Of a stretch of DNA of 64,000 nt, positions 12,348 through 23,830 are shown in pieces. Source of the DNA: an uncultured delta proteobacterium. Lineage in GTDB: Bacteria; Desulfobacterota; Desulfobulbia; Desulfobulbales; Desulfocapsaceae. The stretch is taken from assembly GCA_963806525.1 (NCBI GenBank), contig CAWDYJ010000026.1, positions 133,175 to 197,174 on the forward strand, given 5' to 3'. The position numbers and the translations under genes are program-made. The notes below the pieces were generated by a model. The model was not told the origin of the DNA and searched no databases. It worked only from the letters and a program-made list of their open reading frames with translations. Numbering within the stretch: position 1 is the stretch's first letter; each line of letters starts with the position of its first letter.

Positions 12348-13634
12348 ATGGATAATAACTATCTCCTTATTTTTGCCCTGCTGCTCGGCTTTTTGGCATC
12401 AACTGTGCCGGTATTCATGTGCCTCTTTTTTACCGGCACCATCGGCCTGGTTTATCTGGTCGGCATTGACCCGCAGATTGTCATCGAGGTGCTGTATCGC
12501 AGTATGGATAAGTTTGCTCTGGTTGTCGTAATGTTTTTTGTCCTGTGCGGCAATATTATGACCACCGGCTCCATTGTCGAAAAACTTATCAAAACGGCTA
12601 ATGTGATGGTCGGTTTTCTTCCCGGAGGGTTGGCCATGGCCGGCGTTCTTGCCTGCGGTTTTTTCGGCGCTATTTCCGGGTCAACCGTTGCCACAGTCGT
12701 GGCCATCGGCGGCTTTATGATTCCGGCACTGATCGAAAACGAATACCAGGAACCATTCTCCGTCGGCCTTATGACCACGGCCCCCATCCTTGGGGTTGTC
12801 ATTCCTCCGTCGATTGCCATGATCCTCTATGCAATGGTCAGTAACGACCAGCTTGAGGCACTGTTTCTCACCGGTTTTATTCCGGGTGTCATTATTATGC
12901 TGGCCATGAGTCTCTACGCCTACATTGTCTGTAAAAGAATCGGCATGAAACAGAGGAAACCACCATCTCTGGGTGAAGTGTTTAGTGTTTTGCAGGAAAG
13001 CGTCTGGGCCCTTATGCTGCCGGTAATTATTTTTGGCGGCATCTATTCTGGACTATTTACTGCAAATGAAGCGGCGGTTGTCGCTTGTTTCTATGCTTTT
13101 TTTGTCGAAATTGCCCTGCATCGAGACATGAAACTCCGCGATATCAAGAGGGTTGTGGTTTCTTCAGCGATCACCTCGGCAACACTGCTGATTATCGTTG
13201 CCGGCGCTTCGGTCTTTGGAGAATATCTGACCTTTGAGCAGATACCCGGTAAGATTGCCGCAGTTGTCGTCAATAATATTGCATCCCCCTGGGTATTTCT
13301 GTTGTCGGTCAACATCCTGCTGCTGTTTATCGGCATGTTCATGGACATCATTTCCGCAACCCTTATTCTCACTCCTATATTCCTGCCGCTTCTGGCAAAA
13401 TTTGGTATCGACACCATGCACTTCGGTCTTATTATGACCATCAATCTTGGTATCGGCTACTGCACCCCGCCGCTTGGCGTCAGTCTATATATTTCCGGGG
13501 CAACAGTCAATCGAGATATTGTCTATGTAACCCGTGCAGTCCTGCCATTTCTTGCAATCCAGATAATCATTCTTTTCATCCTGACCTTCTGGTCAGATCT
13601 CGTTTTATTTCTTCCACGTTTAGTGTATGGCTGA
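12348..13634 (+). CDS. dctM: TRAP transporter large permease
   Basis: FGAISGS, VIPPSIAMILY, FTANEAA and TPPLG motifs. Confidence 0.92.
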   Translation: MDNNYLLIFALLLGFLASTVPVFMCLFFTGTIGLVYLVGIDPQIVIEVLYRSMDKFALVVVMFFVLCGNIMTTGSIVEKLIKTANVMVGFLPGGLAMAGVLACGFFGAISGSTVATVVAIGGFMIPALIENEYQEPFSVGLMTTAPILGVVIPPSIAMILYAMVSNDQLEALFLTGFIPGVIIMLAMSLYAYIVCKRIGMKQRKPPSLGEVFSVLQESVWALMLPVIIFGGIYSGLFTANEAAVVACFYAFFVEIALHRDMKLRDIKRVVVSSAITSATLLIIVAGASVFGEYLTFEQIPGKIAAVVVNNIASPWVFLLSVNILLLFIGMFMDIISATLILTPIFLPLLAKFGIDTMHFGLIMTINLGIGYCTPPLGVSLYISGATVNRDIVYVTRAVLPFLAIQIIILFILTFWSDLVLFLPRLVYG

Positions 13635-13723
13635 TATAATTAAACGAGAAAGATACTTTCTTTTGGACAAGATAGGATTGTGTTCAAGGTACTCCGATTA
13701 CCAACAATAACGGGGAGATGGAG

Positions 13724-14153
13724 ATGATACCGAAGATATTAGTACCAATCGACGACTCACTTACAGCAGAGAAGACCATCAACAGTCATTATTGAGCTCA
13801 AAGACCACTTCCCTAAACACCTGGCCCTACTCCATGTGATCAATAGTACCCAGCTGGCCTATCGAATGATCCCTGTTTTTCAAGTGGACATGGTGAAAGA
13901 AAATGCCACCAAAGCGGGGAGGAATCTGCTTGAACGTGCCGATGCCAAACTCAAAGAAGCGGGTTTCACCAATGAACTTATGCTTGAATTTGGCGAACCC
14001 AGGGATATAATCAGTCACACGGCGAATGTGCAGGAATTTCAGCTCCTGGTTATTGGCCGCCATGAGGGTGGTGGAGAAATACGGGACGTGCTGTTCGGTT
14101 CTGTTGCCAACCACGTCCTCCACAACGTCAGGTGTCCGGTCCTGCTCTTTTAG
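13724..14153 (+). CDS. Universal stress protein (frameshift near 13790)
   Basis: MIPKILVPIDDS N-terminus from ATG 13724, then GEPRD, LLVIGRH and FGSVANHVLHNVRCPVLL. Confidence 0.85.
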
Positions 14154-14368
14154 TGCCTTATTCCAGAAAGCCTGTCATTTTAGATCAATCCCCCCTTGAG
14201 GGGGTTGTAACAATAAAAATTTTAAAGAGAAGACCAAACCACTTATCCCCGCAAAGCACGAGGACTGAAAAGAGTACCCGACAAGCGAGTACTAAAGAGA
14301 ATCCGGTTTACTTTCCGTTTACCGCGATCAGGGGATATGTTATCTCATTATAGTATTGAATCAATCAC

Positions 14369-14782
14369 ATGACCAATCTCTTCACCTATGGATCACTGAT
14401 GTGCAGTGATATCTTTTGCAAAGTTGCTGGCTGTCAAGCGGAATTCACCCAGGCAACCCTAAACAATTTCTTTCGTTCAAAAATTCGCAGCAGAGAGTAT
14501 CCAGGCATTATTCCTCGACCAGAAACTTCTGTGCCCGGAGTCCTTTACTTTGATCTCCCAAACGAAGCATTACAACGCCTGGATGTTTTTGAAGGTGAAT
14601 TGTATATGCGGGAAGATGTACAGGTTATGGTTGAACAGCGCGGATTAGTTTCGGCAATGACCTATGTGATTAAACCCCAAAACAGAGACATTCTGACCGA
14701 TAAGGCATGGAGTTATAAAGAATTTCTTGCTGTTGGCAAGGCAAAATTTGAAGAAACATACTTTGGCTTTGATGAGCTGTAA
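14369..14782 (+). CDS. Gamma-glutamylcyclotransferase (AIG2-like) family protein
   Basis: LFTYGSLM, YPGI and LDVFEG.LY.R motifs. Confidence 0.85.
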   Translation: MTNLFTYGSLMCSDIFCKVAGCQAEFTQATLNNFFRSKIRSREYPGIIPRPETSVPGVLYFDLPNEALQRLDVFEGELYMREDVQVMVEQRGLVSAMTYVIKPQNRDILTDKAWSYKEFLAVGKAKFEETYFGFDEL

Positions 14783-14985
14783 CGTAACCTCCCCAACATG
14801 ACATTTCTCCAGCTCTTTATACAAAATGTTTTCCCGAAAAACCATTAACCATTTTTTTTTATTACCTGTTTCTCTCTTCAGGGCCAACCAGTTGATGAAC
14901 CGTCACTCCGTTGATGACCGGCAGGAAGAAGCGACTCCTCGTTTTCTAACTATTACTCCTTGCAACTGACAACAGTACGCCCCAA

Positions 14986-15348
14986 TCATTCATCCCTGTT
15001 CACTCTGGCGGCTGTAAATGCTGGGAGACAGACGGCTATATATTCAGCACCTTCTTCAGAGGGACTGCTGTACTGAACCCACTCGCCTGCCTCAACAATC
15101 ATGGCCTGACCAGCATGCACCTCAAACATCCGCTTCTCTGTTTTCACCTGCAACATGCCTTTGAGAACAACCGTATACTCTGAGAATTCCGGGGTCTGCC
15201 CAGGTTCCAGCCAGCCCGCAGGGCTGCGCATCAGGGCAACACTCAGTTCTTCCGTACCAGAGTTCACGGAACCGATATATTCTTCTATTCGTTTCGGTTT
15301 GTTGTCGACAGCCTCTATTACTATCGGCTGATCAATAAATATCGCCAT
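14986..15348 (-). CDS. Cupin domain protein
   Basis: KRIEEYIG, EPGQTPEFSEYTVVLKG and YIAVCLPAF. Likely start MAIFID at 15348. Confidence 0.8.
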   Translation of the reverse strand: MAIFIDQPIVIEAVDNKPKRIEEYIGSVNSGTEELSVALMRSPAGWLEPGQTPEFSEYTVVLKGMLQVKTEKRMFEVHAGQAMIVEAGEWVQYSSPSEEGAEYIAVCLPAFTAARVNRDE

Positions 15349-15503
15349 TTTTTCTCCTTTTTCTGCCAATCGATTCCCTGTCAAGCGTCTTGCTATGATA
15401 CAGTAACCATTTCTCAACATTTTTTATACTGCAACATCATTATGTCTCCAGTTCAAGGATATATACATGCTGGACGGGTAACTGCTGCAGGAGAAAAGGG
15501 ACA

Positions 15504-16148
15504 CTAGCTTGTCTTGCTCATCAGCACTTTAACACCGAGCAGGATCATGGCCCCGCCGAGCATCCTGTCAATCCAGTGACCTGCCCTCTGGAACTTACTG
15601 TTAACAGATGGGATGGAAAGAACCATAACAACAAAAGAAAACCAGCTCAACTGGATCAGCATGATCCAAAGACCAAAAACGGCGATCTGATACAGTGGCA
15701 TATCAGGAGCAAGCACCAGGGTAAAAAGCGACAGGAAATAGATGGGTGCTTTGGGGTTGAGGGCATTGCAGAGGAATCCAGCGCCGATTATTTTAAGAGG
15801 CGATCTGGGAGGCGACTTTACTCCTTGCCTCCCTGTCCTGCCGATGCCTTGGCCTTCAGCCCTTTTGCGCCCAGGTAGATCAGATAACTTCCACCAAGAA
15901 CCTTTACCCACCATAGCAACCCAGAAGAGTGGGCAACGATCGCTGCCAGCCCAAACGCTGAATAGGCAATATGAACGGAAAGGCCAAGGGCAATCCCTAG
16001 GCTGCACAACAAGCCCGGTACGTTTTCCATTGGCGAGTGTCTGCTGGGAAACAAATACGAAATCAGGCCCTGGAGATGCTGCGGCAAGAGTGTGAACGAC
16101 TGTCAACACCAGTAAACCATGCACTATATCCAAGATTGTCTCCTGCAA
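15504..16148 (-). CDS. LysE/RhtB family amino-acid exporter (frameshifted)
   Basis: SPGPDF, GGSYLIYLG (alternate frame) and NALNPKA motifs. Confidence 0.85.
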   Translation of the reverse strand: MQETILDIVHGLLVLTVVHTLAAASPGPDFVFVSQQTLANGKRTGLVVQPRDCPWPFRSYCLFSVWAGSDRCPLFWVAMVGKGSWWKLSDLPGRKRAEGQGIGRTGRQGVKSPPRSPLKIIGAGFLCNALNPKAPIYFLSLFTLVLAPDMPLYQIAVFGLWIMLIQLSWFSFVVMVLSIPSVNSKFQRAGHWIDRMLGGAMILLGVKVLMSKTS

Positions 16149-16161
16149 TAAACCTAAACAA

Positions 16162-17459
16162 TCAGAGTTGACGCTTATCGATTACTCTGGCCCCTTTGCC
16201 ATTAAACCGCTCAAGAGAGCGCTCTTCAACGAGCTTAATTGTACACCAATGCCAAGTTCAGAGGCCAGTCTTTTTTTGATGGTATCGACCAGCGCCCGCT
16301 GCTTTTTCATTTCATCGAAAAAGATCGACTCAACGACCTCAACCAAAACGGTCATTTTGTCCTCGTTATTCTCCCGCTCGACAATCAGTCGATAGTGCGG
16401 TTCGGTTCCTTCTATTTCAAAGAGGACCGTTTCAATCTGGGTTGGAAAAACGTTAACTCCCTTGATGATCAGCATGTCGTCTGAACGGCCCATCATCCGG
16501 CTCATCCGCACAGAAGTTCGGCCGCAGGGACACGGTTCCGGGATAAAACGGGTCAGGTCACGGGTACGATAACGGATTACCGGAAAAGCCTCTTTAGTGA
16601 GGGTGGTGATCACCAGCTCTCCAACCTCCCCCGGAGCGACCGGTTCAAGGGTTTCGGGATCAAGAACTTCGGCCAGAAAATGGTCTTCGTTGACGTGCAG
16701 TCCATTACACTCCTGACATTCTCCGGCAACCCCCGGTCCCATGACTTCAGACAGTCCGTAATTATCGGTCGCTTTTATCCCCAACCGCTCATTGATTTCA
16801 ACCCGCATGGCTTCGGACCATGGCTCGGCACCAAACAGGCCGTAACGCAGGGACAAGCCGTTGGGATTAATCCCCATATCCATCATGACATCGGCCATCT
16901 TCAAGGCATAAGAGGGCGTGCAAACCAGGGCTGTTGTTTTAAAGTCCTGCATTATCTGGATCTGCCTTTTGGTGTTTCCTGAGGAAATGGGAATAACCGA
17001 AGCGCCCAATCTCTCCGCCCCATAATGCAGCCCAAAGCCGCCGGTAAAAAGGCCGTAGCCAAAGGCGATCTGAATAACATCATCGGGGGTCACTCCGGCA
17101 CCGCAGAGAACTCTGGCCACCAGATCCGACCAGGTATTAATATCATTTTTACTGTAACCAACAACTGTGGCCATCCCGGTGGTGCCTGAAGAAGAATGGA
17201 CCCGGACAACATCCCGGAGCGGCACGGCAAAAAGGCCGTAGGGATAATTATCGCGCAGATCCTGTTTCAGGGTGAACGGATAATCCCGCACATCATCAAG
17301 TGAGGTAATCTTTTCCGGATCAAGGTGTAATTCAGCAAATTTGTTCCTGTAAAACGGGACATTGGTAGACACCCTTTTGAGGATGTTTTTTAACCTTTCA
17401 AGCTGCAGTTTCTCAAGCTCCGGTCGAGGCAGGCACTCTTCTTCTTTTTGCCAATACAT
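16162..17459 (-). CDS. paaK: Phenylacetate--CoA ligase family protein (C-terminal frameshift)
   Basis: LRDNYPYGLFAV, HSSSGTTG, YGLSE and GRSDDMLIIKGVNVFP. The true end RVIDKRQL* is in another frame. Confidence 0.9.
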
Positions 17460-17542
17460 AAGTCGTCATATGAGTCAAGATGAATGGGTATTCCCGTAAC
17501 TCAGCTCACCATAGCTATCGCGACAATCGATGAACTGACTGA

Positions 17543-17974
17543 TCAAAGAGCACAGATCTGTTCTCTCGTTAAGATGGTAAAACCATCTTTTTTTAAGGCA
17601 GCAATCGCCTCTTCCATCTTCTCAAAACGGAAAATCAATACCGCATTCTCACCAGTTTTGTTGACGAAGGCGTACATGTACTCAACATTAATATTGGCAT
17701 TGTGAATACACTTCAAAACCTTGGCCAGCCCACCGGTTTTGTCCTCAACCTCAACAGCGATAACAGTGGTTTTGCCCACCGTAAAACCGTTTTCTTTGAG
17801 TACCGCTTTCGCCTTTTCAACATTATCGACAATCAACCGCAAAATACCGAAATCAGCAGTGTCGGCCACGGAAAGGGCGCGAATATTAACGTCGTTTTCG
17901 GCAAGAACAGCGGTTATCTCCGCCAATCGACCCGACTTATTTTCCAGGAAAACGGCAATTTGTTCTACCAGCAT
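17543..17974 (-). CDS. Tandem ACT domain protein
   Basis: [26 protein letters not shown] and NVEYMYAF. Typical paaK/ior neighbour. Confidence 0.9.
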   Translation of the reverse strand: MLVEQIAVFLENKSGRLAEITAVLAENDVNIRALSVADTADFGILRLIVDNVEKAKAVLKENGFTVGKTTVIAVEVEDKTGGLAKVLKCIHNANINVEYMYAFVNKTGENAVLIFRFEKMEEAIAALKKDGFTILTREQICAL

Positions 17975-17988
17975 GGCAACTCCCTCCC

Positions 17989-19299
17989 TTAGATTTTACG
18001 CTTATCGATTACCCGCTGCGCCTTTCCCTCGCTGCGCTGGATAGTCTTAGGTTCGACCAGTTTCACCTTGCAGCTGACCCCAAGCAGATCTTTGATCTCC
18101 TTCTGGATATGTTTGGTCAGATTCTCAAGAACCCTGATCTCATCGGAGAAAACCCCTTCACTGACCTCGACCTGGACCTGCATGGTATCGAGATTGCCTT
18201 CCCGATCAACAACGATCTGATAATGAGGCTCGACGCCATCAATACCCATCAGAACATGTTCAACCTGGGATGGGAAGACATTAACCCCGCGGATGATCAG
18301 CATATCATCCGTCCTGCCGGTCACTTTTTCCATGCGAACGAGGGTGCGCCCACATTCACAGGGTTCATAGAAAAGCCGGGAGATATCTTTCGTCCGATAC
18401 CGTATTATCGGAAAGGCCTCTTTGGTAAGAGTCGTAAAAACCAGCTCCCCTTTCTCACCCGGCGGCAGTACCTCTCCCGTCTCAGGATCAATGATCTCCG
18501 GCAGGAAATGGTCCTCAAAAACATGCATTCCCCGTGTTGTATGCAGACATTCCTGGGCAACGCCCGGCCCCATGACCTCGGAGAGACCATAAATATCTGT
18601 TGCCTTGAGGTTTAACTTGCGCTCGACCTCCTGGCGCATATTCTCACTCCAGGGTTCGGCCCCGAAGATACCCACCCGCAGGCTAAGAGATTTTGGATCA
18701 ACATCCATATTGTCCATAGCCTCGGCAAGATTAAGGGCATAGGAAGGGGTGGACAGCAAAACGGTGGAGCCAAAATCCTTCATGATGTTGATCTGACGCT
18801 TGGAATTACCGCCGGATACCGGAATAACGGTCGCCCCCAGTCGCTCGATACCGTAATGGGCCCCAAGGCCGCCGGTAAACAGACCATAGCCATAGGCGTT
18901 ATGCACCATGTCACCTTTGGTCGCACCCGCACAGCAGAGCGCTCTGGCCATAACATTGGACCAGGTAGTGATATCATTTGCGGTATAGCCGACAACGGTG
19001 GGCTTGCCGGTCGTCCCGGAGGAGGCATGGACCCTTACCACTTCGTCCAGAGGCACGGTAAAAAGCCCAAACGGATAGTTGTCCCGCAGATCGTCTTTAA
19101 CCGTAAAGGGCAGCTTGGCCAGATCGGCCAGGGTCTTTATATCATCGGGCTTCAGCCCAACCGCTTCCATCTTGCGCCGATACGGTTCAACCGTTCGATA
19201 TACCCGGGCAACCAGATGCTTCAAACGACGCAACTGGATGGATTCCAAGCCCACCCGGGGTAATGTCTCAATCTCCTCTTCCCAATATATGACTGACAT
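17989..19299 (-). CDS. paaK: Phenylacetate--CoA ligase family protein
   Basis: [26 protein letters not shown] and [18 protein letters not shown]. Confidence 0.93.
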   Translation of the reverse strand: MSVIYWEEEIETLPRVGLESIQLRRLKHLVARVYRTVEPYRRKMEAVGLKPDDIKTLADLAKLPFTVKDDLRDNYPFGLFTVPLDEVVRVHASSGTTGKPTVVGYTANDITTWSNVMARALCCAGATKGDMVHNAYGYGLFTGGLGAHYGIERLGATVIPVSGGNSKRQINIMKDFGSTVLLSTPSYALNLAEAMDNMDVDPKSLSLRVGIFGAEPWSENMRQEVERKLNLKATDIYGLSEVMGPGVAQECLHTTRGMHVFEDHFLPEIIDPETGEVLPPGEKGELVFTTLTKEAFPIIRYRTKDISRLFYEPCECGRTLVRMEKVTGRTDDMLIIRGVNVFPSQVEHVLMGIDGVEPHYQIVVDREGNLDTMQVQVEVSEGVFSDEIRVLENLTKHIQKEIKDLLGVSCKVKLVEPKTIQRSEGKAQRVIDKRKI

Positions 19300-19340
19300 T
19301 TTTATCTCCCTGCTTGTTCACTGATGGTACGAATAATTAC

Positions 19341-19930
19341 TCACTGACTGTTGCTGACTTTTCTTCCTGCGGCAAATGCCTGTAGATTAACATCCCTGAA
19401 TCGTTCCGGCACCCTGGCACGGATCACTTCCTGATATATTGCCGGATCAATGGGCAAAAAGGCTGAAAGCGCCCCCACCATGACCACATTGGCAGTCTTT
19501 ATCTCGCCGACCTCTCTCGCAATATCAAAAGCATCCACCGGCACCACGACAATATCCCGTTCAAGCAAATGGTTGAGCACATCCTGCGGGATATTCGGCC
19601 TGACCGGTAGCAACCGACGGCGGCAGAATCTTCTGGGTATTGACGATTACCTTGCTGCCCTTATGCAGAAACGGCAGATAGCGAACCGCCTCCATCATCT
19701 CAAAGGCCATCTGGATATCAGCACAACCCGGCTCAATCAGAGGCGAATAGACTTTTTTACCATAGCGCAACTGAGCGGTAACCGAGCCGCCGCGCTGGGC
19801 CATCCCATGCACTTCACTCTTCTTGGCATCGTAGCCTGCCGACAAGCAGAGCATAGACCGTAATTTCACTGGCCAGCAGAATGCCCTGACCACCCACCCC
19901 TGAAAAGAGGATATTTCCCGTATCTTCCAT
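19341..19930 (-). CDS. iorB: Indolepyruvate:ferredoxin oxidoreductase beta subunit (frameshifted)
   Basis: MEDTGNILFSGVGGQG start, SEVHGMAQRGGSV, and ANVVMVGALS, spread over several frames. Confidence 0.9.
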
Positions 19931-21742
19931 TACTTTCTCTCTCCTCTGGTGATGGCGTTAAATTTACAAAGCGATGCACACTGGCCGCAGTCATTACAGA
20001 GAATCTCGTCGATCTTGGAAATTCCTTTCTGTTTTTTCCGGTAGCCGCGCTCTTCGGCTTCACCTTCGGCAAAAGAGGTCCAGCTGATCGCCGGACAGCC
20101 AAGACGGATACAGGACATACAGCCAACGCAGTTCTCCTGGTTGGTGAAATAGGAGACCGGTTTGCGTTCTTTCATCTCCGGAAGCAGCACACATGGTGCC
20201 TCGGAGATGACCACCGACGGCTCCTGCAGTTCTACTGCTTCTTTTAACACTTTGCGGGTCTCAACAACGTCGTGGGGATTGACCTTATAGACATGTTTTA
20301 CCCCAACGGCCCGACACAGCGCTTCCAGATCAAGTGCACTGGCCGCCTCTCCTTTGATGTTATAACCGGTGGCCGGGTTCTGCTGCTGCCCGGTCATGGC
20401 GGTGATACGATTGTCGAGGATAATCAGCGTTGACGCGGAATTATTATACACCGTGTTGATAAGACCGGTAATACCGGAATGGATAAAGGTGGAATCACCG
20501 ATAACCGAAACCACCTGATTATATCCATCATCGCCCAGGGCCTTGGCCATCCCGTGGGCGATAGGCACCGAAGCCCCCATGCAGACGCAGGAATCCATGG
20601 CCGACAATGGCGGCAGGAAACCGAGGGTATAACAGCCAATATCTCCGGAAACGAAAACCTTCATCCGCGACAGGTTAAAGAAAATACCCCGGTGCGGACA
20701 CCCGGCACACATATTCGGCGGCCGGTTGGGCAGTTCAACCGGGGTAAATAATTCGGGTCCGGAACCCGGCTCAATCGCCTGGCGCACGATGGCGGTGTTC
20801 AGCTCACCCTGATTGGGAATGCAATCCTTGCCGTGGCACTGCAATACCCATGGCCTTGATATGGGTCTCAAGAAAGGGGTCAAGCTCTTCGACGATATAG
20901 AGTTCATCGACCATAGCGGCGAAATCCCGAATCTTTTTTTCCGGCAGCGGCCAGCACATGCCAAGTTTTAATACCGCGGCCTCGGGAAAGGCTTCTTTCA
21001 CATAGAGATAGGAAACCCCGGAGGTGATAAAACCTCTTTTGGTGTCCCCTTCATCCACCCGGTTAAATGCGGCCGTTTCCGCCAGTTCCCGGCACTTTTG
21101 CATGCGCTCTTCGACGACAGCCCGACGTTTGCGGGCAATAGCCGGCAGCATAACCAGTTTTCCCGGTATCTTGTTAATACCGCAGGCAGGATGGGAGCTA
21201 TTCTTCTCACCCCTCAGAACCACGCCCTTGACATGGGACACGCGGGTGGTAATCCGCAGCATAACCGGAGTATCAAGATCCTCACTGAGGTCAAAGGCGA
21301 GTTTCACCAGCTCCTTGGCTTCACTTGGGTCGGACGGCTCGAGCATCGGCAGCTTGGCGGCAAAGGCATAATTTCTATTATCCTGCTCGTTCTGGGAAGA
21401 GTGCATTTCCGGATCATCGGCACTGACCAGCACCAGTCCGCCACAGACTCCCGTATACGAGGCAGTAAAAAGTGGATCGGCCGCCACGTTGACCCCGACG
21501 TGCTTCATGGTGGCTAAGGATCTGGCTCCAGCAAAAGAGGCGCCGATGGCGACTTCCAGCCCAACCTTTTCATTTGGTGCCCATTCAGTATAGACTCCCT
21601 CATATTGCGAGAGGTTTTCCATGATCTCCGTTGATGGCGTTCCGGGATACCCGGAGGCAACCTTCACTCCGGCCTCATAGACGCCTAAGGCAATGGCCTC
21701 ATTGCCGGACATCCAGAGAGCCTTGTCATTTATTTTTGTCAC
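19930..21742 (-). CDS. iorA: Indolepyruvate:ferredoxin oxidoreductase alpha subunit (frameshift near 20810)
   Basis: GNEAIA, YPGTPSTE, MKHVG, SSQNEQD, CAGCPHR, GDIGCY, GDSTF.HSG, and two C-terminal 4Fe-4S motifs. Confidence 0.93.
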
Positions 21743-21951
21743 AATTTCTCCTGATAAATAGAAATCATATCCTGTTGATTTATGGATGCATCCCCCTTAC
21801 AAGCGAGCATTTTTTCTATTGAAATAACAGTGCAAACTACTCTGAAACTCTGTCAACAGGCAAGTTTTTTTTTACCCGTGCCGGTAACCCCACCGGCCCG
21901 ATGTATCGCCTTTCATGTTGATGATTGTGCAGGGTATTGTATGTCTTTACT

Positions 21952-21981
21952 TTGACAAGTTGGGCGGCCACTATATATTAT
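21952..21981 (+). promoter_or_regulatory. Sigma-70-like promoter of the CBS-ACT gene
   Basis: TTGACA at 21952, with TATATT after a 16-nt spacer or TATTAT after an 18-nt spacer. Confidence 0.55.
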
Positions 21982-22071
21982 AGGAACTTTTACAGTAAAA
22001 TTGTTTTTGTCGAGACGAAAATCACAAATCCAAATTCTAATTTTAAGCTGTCATCAGAGGGAGAGACAACT

Positions 22072-22743
22072 ATGTATATCGGCAGAATAATGCACACTGA
22101 CCTCATCACCGTATCACCGAAGACCACCCTCGTCGAAGCGAAAAATCTGGTACAACAGAAACAAATAGACCACCTCCTGGTCGTCAACGACCAGAAAAAG
22201 CTGGTGGGTATCGTCTCTGACCGAGACCTTAAAAAATACTGGGCTTCGCCGGCCACTTCACTTTCCACCCATGAACTCAACTATCTGCTGGAAAAAGTTT
22301 TAGTCTCCATGGTCATGATCAAAACAGTCGTTACGGTGCCCACCAACACCACAATCGAACGGGCGGCTCTGGTTATGCAGCAGCACCGTATCAGTGCCTT
22401 GCCGGTAATGGAGGATGGCGAACTGGCAGGCATCATCACCAGCACCGATGTGATGGACGTCCTGCTCCAGGCGATCGGAATAAGTGACGACAGTATGCGA
22501 CTCAGTATCTTTGTAAAAGACAGCATCGGCAAACTTGCCGAAGTAACATCAAGTCTACGAGACGCTGGGGTTAATATCCAGAGCCTGTTTTGTTGGCCGG
22601 AACCGAAATATCAGGGAATAACTGAGATAGTGCTGCGCATTAACAGTCAGGACGGGGACAAAGCAATTTCTGCCTTAACAGGAAAGGGTTTTAAAGTAAA
22701 AAGTAAATACGAAAAAGACATTACTCCTTTTTTACCAGCCTGA
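22072..22743 (+). CDS. CBS-pair plus ACT domain protein (AcuB-like)
   Basis: LVGIVSDRDLK...SPATSLSTHELNYLL, LPV..GIIT..D and a C-terminal ACT domain. RBS GAGGGAG before ATG 22072. Confidence 0.88.
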   Translation: MYIGRIMHTDLITVSPKTTLVEAKNLVQQKQIDHLLVVNDQKKLVGIVSDRDLKKYWASPATSLSTHELNYLLEKVLVSMVMIKTVVTVPTNTTIERAALVMQQHRISALPVMEDGELAGIITSTDVMDVLLQAIGISDDSMRLSIFVKDSIGKLAEVTSSLRDAGVNIQSLFCWPEPKYQGITEIVLRINSQDGDKAISALTGKGFKVKSKYEKDITPFLPA

Positions 22744-22780
22744 TTACTGCCAGCGGCAGAGTAACATCTGATGGCAAAAA

Positions 22781-22819
22781 GCAATCGTTTCATCCGTCAA
22801 CAACGAATGAAACGATTGC
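22781..22819. terminator. Likely bidirectional terminator between convergent genes
   Basis: Perfect 13-bp stem gcaatcgtttcat/atgaaacgattgc. Confidence 0.65.
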
Positions 22820-22830
22820 CAAAAGAGACT

Positions 22831-23676
22831 TTAGCCCCGTGCACCAAAGGCCAGTTTTCCACCAAGGTACCCGGCAAGACCTGTTACACCAAGCATGCCC
22901 AGAGCGATCCCCAAATATATTAATCGTGAAGGAGAGCCTTCGGCCATAACTTCTGGATCAAGCAGACGCCAGAAAACCAGCACATTGACCGTTCCCAGCA
23001 CAATCAGGCTGCAGATAATCTTTGTTATAAAGATTGCCGTTTTAATACCCTTGTATCGCTTCTGCCATTCGACAAAGCCGGTCAACAATACCAGCGGCAG
23101 CATAATCAGGACAAAGATCAGATTATAATACGCGGCAAGCTCCAGCGAAATAATCTTGAAATAGACGGACAGCCCGAGAAAAACCACAACTACCGGCAAG
23201 ACCCCGTTGGGGAAATGGGTAGTGATCGGATGAAGATGGTGCTTTAACGAAAGACTGGCCAACTTGTTCAGAAAAGAGGGAGACTGCTTCTCTGCCGTTT
23301 CGGTTCCGAGGGCCATTGCGGGGTCATCTTCCTCTGTTTTGACCTCCCCCAAAACCTTGCCATCGGCATCAATCTCCACAAACATTTTCCTCGGGGCATC
23401 ACAAACAGGACATTTTTCCGGTGGCTCATCTCCGGTGTGGACATATCCACAAACAGTACATCGCCACCTTTTCTCAGCAGTTTTTTCCTGCACAGCAACA
23501 TCAGGAGCATTTTCCGGAGCAGCAACTTCGGGGGCATTTTCCTGTTCAGTGCCACCTTTACTCTCTTCCGTCAGTTCCTTAAACATCTTGGCTGGAGCCT
23601 CACAAACAGGACACACTTCCGGCGGCTGGTCTTCTTTGTGAATATAACCGCAGACACCGCACTCCCAATCGCTCAT
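22831..23676 (-). CDS. Double rubredoxin-like domain plus DUF2231-like membrane domain protein
   Basis: Two WxCxVCGY..CPVC motifs, then HPITTHFP and four TM helices ending GYLGGKLAFG. Confidence 0.8.
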   Translation of the reverse strand: MSDWECGVCGYIHKEDQPPEVCPVCEAPAKMFKELTEESKGGTEQENAPEVAAPENAPDVAVQEKTAEKRWRCTVCGYVHTGDEPPEKCPVCDAPRKMFVEIDADGKVLGEVKTEEDDPAMALGTETAEKQSPSFLNKLASLSLKHHLHPITTHFPNGVLPVVVVFLGLSVYFKIISLELAAYYNLIFVLIMLPLVLLTGFVEWQKRYKGIKTAIFITKIICSLIVLGTVNVLVFWRLLDPEVMAEGSPSRLIYLGIALGMLGVTGLAGYLGGKLAFGARG

Positions 23677-23830
23677 ATGTCATTCCTCAATGGTTCATGA
23701 TTGATCTGTTGATAACACCATTTCTTTATTACGAGAATTCAACAGGAAATTCAAGAACAGAAACAAGAATTTGATCGATCAGAGAACCATAAAATCGACG
23801 TTAGTGCTGGTTCTCATCTGACCAACTGTT

